Of a stretch of 64,000 nucleotides of DNA, positions 20,352 through 29,960 are shown one piece after another. Positions within the stretch are counted from its first letter, which is position 1, and each line of letters opens with the position of its first letter. The DNA is taken from IMG/VR virus record IMGVR_UViG_3300035661_000001, positions 248,001-312,000 of that record; one strand, given 5' to 3'. Made by a program: the position numbers and the translations under genes. The notes under the pieces are model-generated. The model ran no database searches. It was given only the letters and a program-made list of their open reading frames with translations, and was not told where the DNA came from.

Positions 20352-21125
20352 ATGAAATTGCGTGAGCTACTTTCTATAATGAAATCAGTACAAGAACGTG
20401 CTGGCACATCTGTACCATACATTTGTGGCGGCACGCCACGCGATAAATATATGAAAAATCTGGATAATATTTCAGATTTAGATATTACCACAGGTGATAA
20501 GACAGTTGATCAGCTATCCCAACTGTTTGCAGAAGAATTAAAAAACAAATATAATGTTACTCGTAAATCCATGGATGATGGTCATAGTACCATTTTTGTA
20601 GGTAGTTTGAAAGTAGATTTTTCTTCTAATTTTAGTGTGCCAAATATAATAAGCATTTTAAATAAAATTGGAATAAAAAATCCTTCAGAAATGCAAAAAG
20701 AAATGTTTAGCAGAGATTTCACTTGTAACGCGCTGTTATTATCTTTAGATTTAAAAAATATTATTGATCCTACACATAAAGGATTCCAGGACATTAAAGA
20801 AAAGAAAATAAAAACTTGTTTAAGCCCTGAAATTACTTTGACCTCAAATAGAAATAGAGTTATTAGATCTATTTATCTAGCTTCAAAATTAGGTTTTGAT
20901 ATAGATCAATCTATTATCGATTTTGTAAAGAAAAATCCTAATTCTGTAAGAATTGCTACTGAAAAATCAATAACTGAAAAATTGAATGAAGCATTCAGTA
21001 AAGATGCCGATCGGGCAAGTTGGTTTTTGACAAAAATGGATCTTTGGAACTATGTGCCTATTTCTGAAAAAATGTATCCATATTATCAGACACATGTGAA
21101 AGGCAGCATCAATGCCCCTAAATAA
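20352..21125 (+). CDS. CCA-adding/poly(A) polymerase-family nucleotidyltransferase
   Basis: YICGGTPRD, DLDITT, RDFTCNALL, NRVIRSIYLASKLGF are class II NTase head/neck motifs. Confidence 0.88.
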   Translation: MKLRELLSIMKSVQERAGTSVPYICGGTPRDKYMKNLDNISDLDITTGDKTVDQLSQLFAEELKNKYNVTRKSMDDGHSTIFVGSLKVDFSSNFSVPNIISILNKIGIKNPSEMQKEMFSRDFTCNALLLSLDLKNIIDPTHKGFQDIKEKKIKTCLSPEITLTSNRNRVIRSIYLASKLGFDIDQSIIDFVKKNPNSVRIATEKSITEKLNEAFSKDADRASWFLTKMDLWNYVPISEKMYPYYQTHVKGSINAPK

Positions 21126-21714
21126 ATTCATTTTGTGGCACACCAATAACATTGGAAAAAAGGTAAATGAGTTTACCGTTGGGGAGTTTAGAGAAAAAAG
21201 AGGAAATTTTTTCTACGTATTATGTAAGTGTTCATGTGGTAAAGACAAGTTCGTAAAACTGTATAATTTAGCAAATAATAGCGCTATGACATGTGGACAT
21301 ACCAGATATACTTCTGAAATACAAGCTAAGAAGAGTAGAAAACAAAATCCACAATTAACCTCTATTAAGCGCGTATACAAAAACTATAAAAGAAATGCGG
21401 ACGATACTTTGACATTAGAACAATTTATGTTCTTGTCTCAAAAAGATTGTGTGTACTGTGGATTGCCACCACTTAAAACATATAATTATTTCACAGATAT
21501 TTCATATGGAAAGAAATCTACACAATATTCTATAGATAATGGTAATTATGTATGGAATGGTATTGATCGTATAGATTCATCTAAGCCTCATACTATAGAC
21601 AATTGTGTAACGTGCTGTTACATTTGTAATAGGGCAAAATCAGATATGTCTATAGAAGAGTTTTACAAATGGGTTGATAAAATATCAGCTTACAAAGTGG
21701 GCTCAAATGTATAA
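21112..21714 (+). mobile_element. HNH homing endonuclease
   Basis: LCKCSCG...MTCGH N-domain; CVYCG; GIDRIDSSK...NCVTCCYICNRAK. Confidence 0.88.
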
Positions 21715-22408
21715 AAAATCTTATTTTCAAGGTACGGAAGAGCCTACTCCTAAGAAAAAGAAGTATAAAACAGAAAAAGCTATTTTAGTACAACCTAGAT
21801 TTAAAGAACCATTTTACCGAAATTATGATTTATATGAAACAGAAGGCGTTAACGGTAAACCTAAATCAGGTCCCGGTGCCGGCTGGCATAACATGCATAA
21901 ATATAAAAGCATTAAAGAATTCAGAGATGTAAAACGTAAACATCTAGAAGATAAATACAAGGCTGATGATTTTTATATTGAAGATACAGATTCTAATAGA
22001 AAAAAACGTATTCAAAAAATGAAAATAAGAGCAAAGTTAATTAGTAAGATTATAAAATCTGCTATTGATTTTGCTATTGATGATCAAATTAATGATCCAA
22101 TAGCTTGGGATTCCGGATCATATATTGATGGTGCTCAAATAGGAGGGCATCTTGATCACGCGTTGCCCTTAGATGATTTTGAAGGTAAAAAACCTGAAGA
22201 ATTAGATTTTGGAAGAGATTATGTTGATGAGCCTAAACCCAATGTAGATAAATTAATAAATAAATATCTTTCACCTAAAGAACCACCAATGTATGGATTA
22301 CCTGATGGTATAGAGCCTATAGAAGATTTAGATTCTCCAAGCGATGAACAGCCGCAGTATGGTACTACGGATTCTGGAAACTCATCATATAATAAAATGT
22401 GGATTTAA
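21707..22408 (+). CDS. Putative internal head protein
   Basis: Probable start ATG 21707 (MYKKSYFQGTEEPTP), a motif shared with the protease-scaffold. Confidence 0.6.
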   Translation: MYKKSYFQGTEEPTPKKKKYKTEKAILVQPRFKEPFYRNYDLYETEGVNGKPKSGPGAGWHNMHKYKSIKEFRDVKRKHLEDKYKADDFYIEDTDSNRKKRIQKMKIRAKLISKIIKSAIDFAIDDQINDPIAWDSGSYIDGAQIGGHLDHALPLDDFEGKKPEELDFGRDYVDEPKPNVDKLINKYLSPKEPPMYGLPDGIEPIEDLDSPSDEQPQYGTTDSGNSSYNKMWI

Positions 22409-22462
22409 TTTGGTTATTATTACACATATAAATGATCATATAGAAGATTTAAAGGAACCCAT

Positions 22463-23380
22463 ATGTCACTGTTTGAATCAAATGCGCAACAACTAATCAT
22501 AGTGGATCCTAGCGAATTCTCAGAAGGAGACGCTGGAATTCCAATGATACCAATGGATCATCCATTAGAGGTGACAGATAGTTTTCATGATGATCATGAA
22601 GGATTATCAGTTGCAGAAGAACATAGCCCCGCAGAAGTAGTCATTGAATTAGGCTCATTACCTGGTGCCCCAGAAGGCACAGAAGATCCTCAAGAACCTC
22701 AACTAGAAGTTGTTGATGAAGAGCCCGAGCTAGATGAAAATGATGCTAAGAAACCTAAGAAAAATGAAAAGTGGGATTGGGAATCTCATGGACCCCATGG
22801 TTTCGTTGCCTGGATTAAAACCAGAATTGATGACGTGCCAAAACATTCAGGATATGACTCATCCGGTCTAGAAAGAGCTGTTTCATATCTGGACAAACTA
22901 GATAGTGAAATCTCCAAAGCTATGCGTTTAGATTTAGATGGAGAATTAGACGCCAATAAAATTGAAGAAGTAAGATCAAAAATTGATGATGGTATCTCTA
23001 AATTACATGACAGATTAGATAAAGTTAGAAAAAATACCAAGGGTCGTAGAAAAAAGAAATCAGAAGCCGAACACTCCTTAGTTAAAGAAGGTCAAAAAAT
23101 TACCGGAGTTCAAGGAGTGTATATCACTGTACCATTATTAATCTCTGGTATTGGCAGAGTATGTATTAATGGAATGATTTCAGCCGGACATGATATCGAA
23201 TCTACCTACGCCGACCAAGTTAAAAAATGGGCTCTTAATGAAAGAGAAAAAGCAGAAGTGAGATGGTTCTTATATGATATGGGTTATCCAATGCGCGGCG
23301 ACCGCGGATACATGCCTGACGAAGAAGTAGATCCCGCATCTTCCGATAATTTTGATTGGCAAGCTAACTACAAAGGATAA
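22463..23380 (+). CDS. Putative internal head protein (acidic N-terminus)
   Basis: AAGGA RBS; LVKEG|Q motif. Confidence 0.6.
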   Translation: MSLFESNAQQLIIVDPSEFSEGDAGIPMIPMDHPLEVTDSFHDDHEGLSVAEEHSPAEVVIELGSLPGAPEGTEDPQEPQLEVVDEEPELDENDAKKPKKNEKWDWESHGPHGFVAWIKTRIDDVPKHSGYDSSGLERAVSYLDKLDSEISKAMRLDLDGELDANKIEEVRSKIDDGISKLHDRLDKVRKNTKGRRKKKSEAEHSLVKEGQKITGVQGVYITVPLLISGIGRVCINGMISAGHDIESTYADQVKKWALNEREKAEVRWFLYDMGYPMRGDRGYMPDEEVDPASSDNFDWQANYKG

Positions 23381-23383
23381 CAA

Positions 23384-24034
23384 ATGTCAAAATACATGAG
23401 ACATCAACCTATCATATCTAGAAACTCTGAATCCGAACTAGATGAAGATAATTGGTTAAATCGTATCGAAAAAACTTTACAAAAAGAAGCCGTTCAACCC
23501 AAAAGAATAGACCAATCTTTATTTGAACAAATAAATACCATCATGAACGGTAAGTCTAAACACACTTCAGTTCAAGCTGCCGTAGATGATATGATGAACA
23601 GAAGCGGGGTTAAAGCTTATATGGATAAATTAAACAAAACATCCAAAGAAAATGCTTCTCCCAGAAAAACTGCCTCAGATACAAATCAAGTAATAGATAA
23701 AAAAATACCAATCGAACCAGTTGTATTTCAAAAATGCCCCTCAGCTAAAAATACATTAGCAAATATCATTACGTCCAGTCATGGTCACTTACCAGTACCA
23801 GCTATCATTGCTAGAATAAAAGCAATTCATGATAAAGATGTATCAGATGCTAAAGATTGGGACGGCGATGATTTGATTAGAGCCGTCAGTAGAATGAATC
23901 TACAAGAAAAAAGCAAAAGTTACAATAGCGAATCAAATACTAGTACCTTAGGTCTACAAGATGATTTAAGCGATAAAGATATCGATCCATCAAATAATGA
24001 TGCGTTTCACGGATTAAACCCCGTCAAGTTTTAA
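23384..24034 (+). CDS. Putative internal head protein
   Basis: LQKEA|V and RKTA|S motifs. Confidence 0.6.
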   Translation: MSKYMRHQPIISRNSESELDEDNWLNRIEKTLQKEAVQPKRIDQSLFEQINTIMNGKSKHTSVQAAVDDMMNRSGVKAYMDKLNKTSKENASPRKTASDTNQVIDKKIPIEPVVFQKCPSAKNTLANIITSSHGHLPVPAIIARIKAIHDKDVSDAKDWDGDDLIRAVSRMNLQEKSKSYNSESNTSTLGLQDDLSDKDIDPSNNDAFHGLNPVKF

Positions 24035-24700
24035 TTCTCTCTTGTTCTTCGATAACTTACTACAATTGCAATTAAAACACAATATCTGTAACCCCAAATC
24101 CGATGGATAATCATTCTTGATTATCCATCGATACATTCTAGAACCAGTATGACATTTCAATTGACGGCGCTGCTCAGCACCGTCATTTTCTTTATGATCT
24201 ATCGTTAATCTCTCTATCCTATCTTCATTGCATTCCAAACATATCCCACCATAATTATCTATTACTTTAATCTTATCACGTAAAGCATATTTATCCTTGT
24301 ATTCTACATTTTTACTACAATTATAGCACAACACTTGGTAACCATCCTTCATCACTGGCTGATTAAATAACCATTCATAAACATTTCCAACTTCTTTTCT
24401 ATGTTTACCGCCATTGTTATTGATATGATCAATTGTTAACTTATCATAATCATCTTCCATACATAATTCACACTTGTTTCCATAAGCGAAAATTACAGCA
24501 CTTTTTCTTTCTCTAGTGCGGGCAAGTTGTTTATCATTGTATAAAGAATCTTTACTGTGAGTTCGTTTATCCTGTATTTTTCTACAGGGCTTACAGATAT
24601 AATGAGAAACTTTTTTGTCATATGATGCCCAATTTTCGTCACTAAGCATAATGGCACATTTGATACATGATCTTGGACTGCTATTTTTCGTTGAGTTCAT
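24014..24700 (-). mobile_element. Tandem double-HNH endonuclease, antisense
   Basis: Two YGxxCxxC...LTIDH...QxLCxNC units. Confidence 0.8.
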
Positions 24701-24727
24701 AATTGTACATATATCTTCATTTTATGT

Positions 24728-26614
24728 ATGATTGATATTAATGGAAATCTAATAGATAGTAAAGCAATGTTCGATAAGCTGAAGAAACAGCTGTTAAAAC
24801 TTGATCCAGTTTCGTTTTGCGAGAACTACTTAACCCTTGAAGGGGAGCCTTTCCGGCTTAGTGGAAACGGTTATAAACCCTTTGCAGATATCTATCGGTA
24901 CATTGGTATTAAAGCATTAGAACCGGGAGCCAAGCCAGTTATTATTGTAAAGGGTCGTCAGGTAGGAGGGACTACTATGGCTGGTGCTCTTGAAATGTAT
25001 TTCATGGGTTCTGGACTTTTTGGTAATGGAGAAAATCCGCCTATTAGAATCATTCATGCATTCCCGCAGTTAGAGCTAGCTGCTGCTTATTCAAAAACTA
25101 AATTGAATCAAATGATTTTCCAATCATTACCAGTTGAAGGCGAAGTTAAAAAGCCGGGAGCTAAAGTCAAGTCATACATGCAATCATTGTTGGATCAGAC
25201 TAGTGCGACGAACGATTCTTTACATTTCAAACAGTTCTTGGGTGGAAACCATCTTTGGATTGAATCTGTAGGGCTGGATGGAGATCGTATCATGGGTCGT
25301 ACGGCTGACGTGATATTTTTTGATGAAGTTCAGAAGACTACGAGTATGGCTATTGGAAATTCATTGAAAGTTTTAACGGCTTCTAAATATGGAGCACCTA
25401 CTAAGGGAGTTCAAGTATATTTCGGAACTCCTCGTAGGAAGGGATCTGATTATCATAAGATGTGGCAGAGCAGTACTCAGCAATATTATTATTTAGGATG
25501 TGAGAAGTGTGAGAAACATTTCCCTCTTTATACTCCTGGTAGTGATGATTGGGAGAAGATTTGGTTATACGGATACATTGTTAAATGTGTTCATTGTGGT
25601 CATGAGCAAGATAAGAGACATGCTGCTGATAGGGGTAAATGGGTTTCTACTAAACCGGAGAATGATTCAGATTGTAAAATGATTGGATTTCATATTAATC
25701 AAATTTACATGCCTAGATTTACTAAAGAAGATTTGATGAATGAAAAGCCAGGTAATCATCCTATTAATACTGAGCGTGTTTATCAAAATGAAGTTCTTGG
25801 AGAGTTCTATCAAGGAGATGCTTCGCCTATTACTGTAGAAGAGATAAGAGAGATTTGTGGAGATGTTGGTAGAAAATACAGAGGTAGAATAGAGCCTGCA
25901 CAAGACCAAATGGTTATTCTGGGGATAGATTATGGTGCTAGAGCAGACTTAGAGCAAATGGCAAATCCGGAGAAAGTTAATCTTACGGGGCAGTCTTATA
26001 GTACGGCTGTTGTGCTTTTGGCGAAGGGTCCTAATTTACTATCTATTGAATTTGCCACAAAGTTTAAAAGAAATGATTTTGAAAGTAAAAAGGGGTTGAT
26101 TGATCAAATTATGAGACAGTATAGTGTGCAGTTAGCTATTGGAGATATTGGATTCTCTCAAGATTTTTCAACTATGATGCATACTGCTTATGGTGACAGA
26201 TATTTAGTATCACGGGCACATAATAAAGTAAACAATCATGTTAAGTATTCTACTGATGCATTTCCAAAAGAAATAGTATTCGAGAGAGATTATTATATTT
26301 CTGAGATGTATGAATGGATGAAGAAGGGAAACATTAGATTTCCTTTGGGTAGTCATGAGCAATTAGGCTGGTTAATTGATCACTGTGCTAGTATGGAGAT
26401 AAAGCCATCTATTTCTAAATTTGGTGATCATAGTATTCATTATGTTAAAGGTGGTACGCCAAACGATGGTTTCATGGCGTTATTAAATGCTTATATAGCT
26501 TATAAATTTATTGTAACTAAAGGGTTTTCTACCAATAATCCTTTACTGCAACTTTCCTTTCAAGAATCTAAAAAGCCTTTAGCTCTGGCTGCAAGGATCC
26601 CGCGTCGATTTTAA
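24728..26614 (+). CDS. terL: Terminase large subunit
   Basis: VKGRQVGGTT (Walker A type), FFDEVQ (Walker B), FGTP coupling motif, CEKC/CVHC zinc ribbon, LGIDYG nuclease, C-terminal NDGFMA. Confidence 0.92.
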   Translation: MIDINGNLIDSKAMFDKLKKQLLKLDPVSFCENYLTLEGEPFRLSGNGYKPFADIYRYIGIKALEPGAKPVIIVKGRQVGGTTMAGALEMYFMGSGLFGNGENPPIRIIHAFPQLELAAAYSKTKLNQMIFQSLPVEGEVKKPGAKVKSYMQSLLDQTSATNDSLHFKQFLGGNHLWIESVGLDGDRIMGRTADVIFFDEVQKTTSMAIGNSLKVLTASKYGAPTKGVQVYFGTPRRKGSDYHKMWQSSTQQYYYLGCEKCEKHFPLYTPGSDDWEKIWLYGYIVKCVHCGHEQDKRHAADRGKWVSTKPENDSDCKMIGFHINQIYMPRFTKEDLMNEKPGNHPINTERVYQNEVLGEFYQGDASPITVEEIREICGDVGRKYRGRIEPAQDQMVILGIDYGARADLEQMANPEKVNLTGQSYSTAVVLLAKGPNLLSIEFATKFKRNDFESKKGLIDQIMRQYSVQLAIGDIGFSQDFSTMMHTAYGDRYLVSRAHNKVNNHVKYSTDAFPKEIVFERDYYISEMYEWMKKGNIRFPLGSHEQLGWLIDHCASMEIKPSISKFGDHSIHYVKGGTPNDGFMALLNAYIAYKFIVTKGFSTNNPLLQLSFQESKKPLALAARIPRRF

Positions 26615-26668
26615 GGGGCTGATATATTTAGTAATATAAGGTATAGAATGGATAGTATATGAGGTATC

Positions 26669-28507
26669 ATGCCTATTGATAAAGTTTCTAAAAAGTGGGT
26701 TGGACCTTCCAATTCTGAACAATTTTTGCAACAACGATCTTCGGTGCCGCCAGTTAGTTCATTGATGGCGCAGGGCGTTTCTGGATTTCGCAGAGATGTT
26801 TTGGCTGAAGAGGTAGAGCAAGGATTATTTAGAGATGGATCTGCTCCAGCTAATAAGAAAAATGAGCCAACCTATAATTCTCATGTTGTATCCTCAGTTG
26901 GTAGAAATAAATTTGCTCAAGTAATTAGTGGTGGAGGTAATTTTCGTGGAGGTATTGGAGATACTGTAAAGCAGGCTCCTGAAGTTTACTCACCATTATG
27001 GCTGAGTAGTAATCTTAATCTTCCAAGAGATCGTCCTACTATAAATGCATGGTGTCGTAGTTTTTATGCTCTTAATCCATTCGTGCATAATGCTATTAAT
27101 TTACACAGTACTTATCCTATTAGTAAATTAAGTATTAAGTGTCCTAACAAAGATATAGAAAAATTCTTCAATGATATGATTGAAGAAATTGACCTGATGA
27201 ATATTTGTGTGCAGATTGCACAAGAATATTGGTTATTGGGTGAGGCTTTTGTTTACGCAGAATTAGATGAAGGTCGTGGAAAATGGGGAAGGTTAGTAAT
27301 ACAAAACCCAGATTACATGTTAGTTAAACGCACAGTAATTGCTAACGAACCAATGATAATGCTTCGTCCTGATGAAAATTTAAAAAAGATTGTATTTGGT
27401 ACTAAGCCAACAGATATTGAACAGAGAAAACAATTGAATCAGTATATGATTGATTCAATTAAACGTGGGGAAAATATTCCTTTAGATAATTTCAATGTTT
27501 CACATTTGGCAAGAAGAATTAGTCCGTACGAAATACGTGGCACTGGATTGCCAGTATGTATTTTCCGTCAGCTTATGTTGTTTGATAAGATGAGAGAATC
27601 AAAATATGCACAGGCTGATAATATGATTAATCCTTTGACTTTGGTCAAAGTTGGTGGTGAAGGCAATGATGCACTTCATCCTTCTTTTGTAGATTTAGAG
27701 GCGTGGAGAGAAGTATTTGAAGCGGCACAACATGATAAAGATTTTAAGATCTTTACACATGCAGGGGTAACTGTTGAAAGAGTTGGTTATGGACAGGGTA
27801 TTTTTGATATTTCTGGAGATATAACACAATTAATTAAAGAAATATATATTGGATTGCAAGTACCCCCTGTTTTAATGGATGGTGGAGCTGATACGACCTA
27901 TGCAAACGGTGGTGTGGCGTTAGATGTATTAAGACAGCGTTACATGCAATTCCGTAATATGTTGTCAGCGTGGTTAAAGACTAAGATTTTTGCACCAATT
28001 TCTAAAATTCAAGGATTTTATGATTATTCTGGTGGAGAGAAACAATTAATTATACCAGAAGTTGATTGGAATCACATGTCATTATTTGACGCTGGTGATT
28101 ACATTAACACACTTATTACTTTGACACAGGGACAAGACGATCAAAAAAGAGCATCTTTACATACTTTGTATAGATCAATGGGTCTTGAATTTGAAGATGA
28201 AGTATTAAAAATTCGTAAAGAAGCTATTCAAAATGCTATTGCCAAAAAAGAAAAAATGGCATTAGAAATGATGGATCTGAATTCATTACGTTCGTTAGAT
28301 GATCAAGATGAAATTCCACAACCACAGGGTATGCCTCAACCTAGTGCAGATGGTGCAGTGCCAGGTCAAATGGGTGCTCCACCTATGGGTATGCCGGGAA
28401 TGGATATGATGCCACCTGGTGGTATGAGTCCTCCTGCAACGCCTCCTCCTGGTGGAGAATCATTACCACCACCAGCGCCTGGTGGTGGACCGCCGCCCGC
28501 GTTATAA
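26669..28507 (+). CDS. Portal protein
   Basis: Immediately after terL; NPFVHNAINLH, YWLLGEAF, HLARRISPYEIRG, GLQVPPVL; Pro/Gly/Met-rich C-tail. Confidence 0.85.
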   Translation: MPIDKVSKKWVGPSNSEQFLQQRSSVPPVSSLMAQGVSGFRRDVLAEEVEQGLFRDGSAPANKKNEPTYNSHVVSSVGRNKFAQVISGGGNFRGGIGDTVKQAPEVYSPLWLSSNLNLPRDRPTINAWCRSFYALNPFVHNAINLHSTYPISKLSIKCPNKDIEKFFNDMIEEIDLMNICVQIAQEYWLLGEAFVYAELDEGRGKWGRLVIQNPDYMLVKRTVIANEPMIMLRPDENLKKIVFGTKPTDIEQRKQLNQYMIDSIKRGENIPLDNFNVSHLARRISPYEIRGTGLPVCIFRQLMLFDKMRESKYAQADNMINPLTLVKVGGEGNDALHPSFVDLEAWREVFEAAQHDKDFKIFTHAGVTVERVGYGQGIFDISGDITQLIKEIYIGLQVPPVLMDGGADTTYANGGVALDVLRQRYMQFRNMLSAWLKTKIFAPISKIQGFYDYSGGEKQLIIPEVDWNHMSLFDAGDYINTLITLTQGQDDQKRASLHTLYRSMGLEFEDEVLKIRKEAIQNAIAKKEKMALEMMDLNSLRSLDDQDEIPQPQGMPQPSADGAVPGQMGAPPMGMPGMDMMPPGGMSPPATPPPGGESLPPPAPGGGPPPAL

Positions 28508-28516
28508 CTTAACAGT

Positions 28517-28586
28517 ATAAAGACCTCGGGTCTTATGTATAATCTTGTATTGTTTTTACAGATTCCATAAGACCCGAGGTTTTTAT
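28517..28586 (+). promoter_or_regulatory. Long RBS-occluding hairpin (also terminator-like)
   Basis: Perfect 15-bp IR 28523-37/28566-80 extendable to 21 bp; GAGG 28576-79 in 3' arm; TATAAT 28538-43 in loop; ATG 28588. Confidence 0.75.
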
Positions 28587-28587
28587 T

Positions 28588-29958
28588 ATGCAAAGAACTG
28601 CCCAAAAAAGAAGTATTCTTAATAAGCTTAGAGAAATGACTGATGTTGGTCGCATTGCCACAGAGAAATATTTCAATCCTGAATTCAAAGAACTAATAGA
28701 TCAGTTGAGAGGTATTGATGATGGCGCGCGAGCAATAGCTGCGGGTGAGCAGGTTGGAGAAGCATCGGCGCCATCAGATGCAACAAGCTTAAAAGATTTG
28801 CTTAAATCTGCCAAATCAAATATTAACAGACGCGAATACATGAAAGCTATTTCCGATTTGGGAAGATTTCATAAAAAAGTTTTCGACATGGTACAATTGT
28901 TGGGCGTATTCAAAAGTAACATCGAAAAAATTCATGAGAGATTTTTATTTCAAGATATCGACGATGATACTAAAAAGCACTTATCATCTTTCAAAGATAG
29001 GTGGAAAGGGGCTTCCGCAAAACCAGGTTATTTTATTAAAGAAGCTAATATATTAGATTTCTTTACTAACATTGCGACTGAAAGAGGAAGAGCATTATCT
29101 ACTTGGGAAAAAAGATACCCACATAGAGTTAAGCAAATGAAGACTGATGTAGCTTCATTACTAACAGCTTCCGAAAAGCTATTAAGTGTCATTTTGGGCA
29201 CATTGAAAGATTTGGCAAAAGCCAGAGCTACTAGAAACCCGGACAATTACATTACCATTTCCAATAAAATAGGTGGTGCTTTTAAAATTTATGATGACGG
29301 AGATCATGGATTCAAAAAGTTCTATGAAACTCATGTTAAAGGATTTTTGGAGAAACAAGAATTTTTTGCCCCAACAAAAATAGATGATACTTCTAAACCT
29401 AAAGAATTGGGACAAAAAGATATTGGAACTCCTTTAGCGCCTACTATTCCTCCATTGTCAGGACCTGGATTGGATTTTGATCAAACTCAAACTTTGGTTA
29501 AATATCCTGGGCAACCTACACCGGGTTCGCCTCCAGTACCACCATTAGGTAAAATTCCTACATTACCACCTGTGCCTAGAATACACCCTAGAGTGCAACT
29601 GGATCCAGAAGCTCCAAAGAGTATGGCTGATAGAGTCAAATTAGTTAATCCTATGAATCAAATCGATACAGGAGCCACTTCTGTTGATTTGACAATGCCA
29701 ACTATACAACTAGATAATCCAGTAATTGAAGATATAAATCCTGAAACTGGAGAAATAACTCATAAAACTTCACATTTATTAAATAATTTTAAAATAGCTG
29801 CTCATCACAAACAATTTTTTGCTTCTTTATCCTCATTGAATGAAGAGTCTCCTATTTTAATTGGAGCGCATATATCTAAATATGCTAGATCTATTATGGG
29901 GACAGACCCTGAAACAGCTATCAAGCTATTACAAATTGCTAAATCTGTTAAAGGATAA
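28588..29958 (+). CDS. Putative internal head protein
   Basis: MQRTA|Q, FIKEA|N and FKIA|A motifs; Pro-rich linker. Confidence 0.6.
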   Translation: MQRTAQKRSILNKLREMTDVGRIATEKYFNPEFKELIDQLRGIDDGARAIAAGEQVGEASAPSDATSLKDLLKSAKSNINRREYMKAISDLGRFHKKVFDMVQLLGVFKSNIEKIHERFLFQDIDDDTKKHLSSFKDRWKGASAKPGYFIKEANILDFFTNIATERGRALSTWEKRYPHRVKQMKTDVASLLTASEKLLSVILGTLKDLAKARATRNPDNYITISNKIGGAFKIYDDGDHGFKKFYETHVKGFLEKQEFFAPTKIDDTSKPKELGQKDIGTPLAPTIPPLSGPGLDFDQTQTLVKYPGQPTPGSPPVPPLGKIPTLPPVPRIHPRVQLDPEAPKSMADRVKLVNPMNQIDTGATSVDLTMPTIQLDNPVIEDINPETGEITHKTSHLLNNFKIAAHHKQFFASLSSLNEESPILIGAHISKYARSIMGTDPETAIKLLQIAKSVKG

Positions 29959-29960
29959 TC

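Noticed and set aside
21716-21733. YFQG resembles the TEV protease site ENLYFQ/G
   Set aside because: Upstream residues are KKS, not ENL; the protease here is not potyviral type. Treated as coincidence.
28300-28507. Pro/Gly/Met-rich, higher-GC portal tail as a foreign insert
   Set aside because: In frame, and explained by Pro/Gly codon content; similar linkers occur in other head proteins here.
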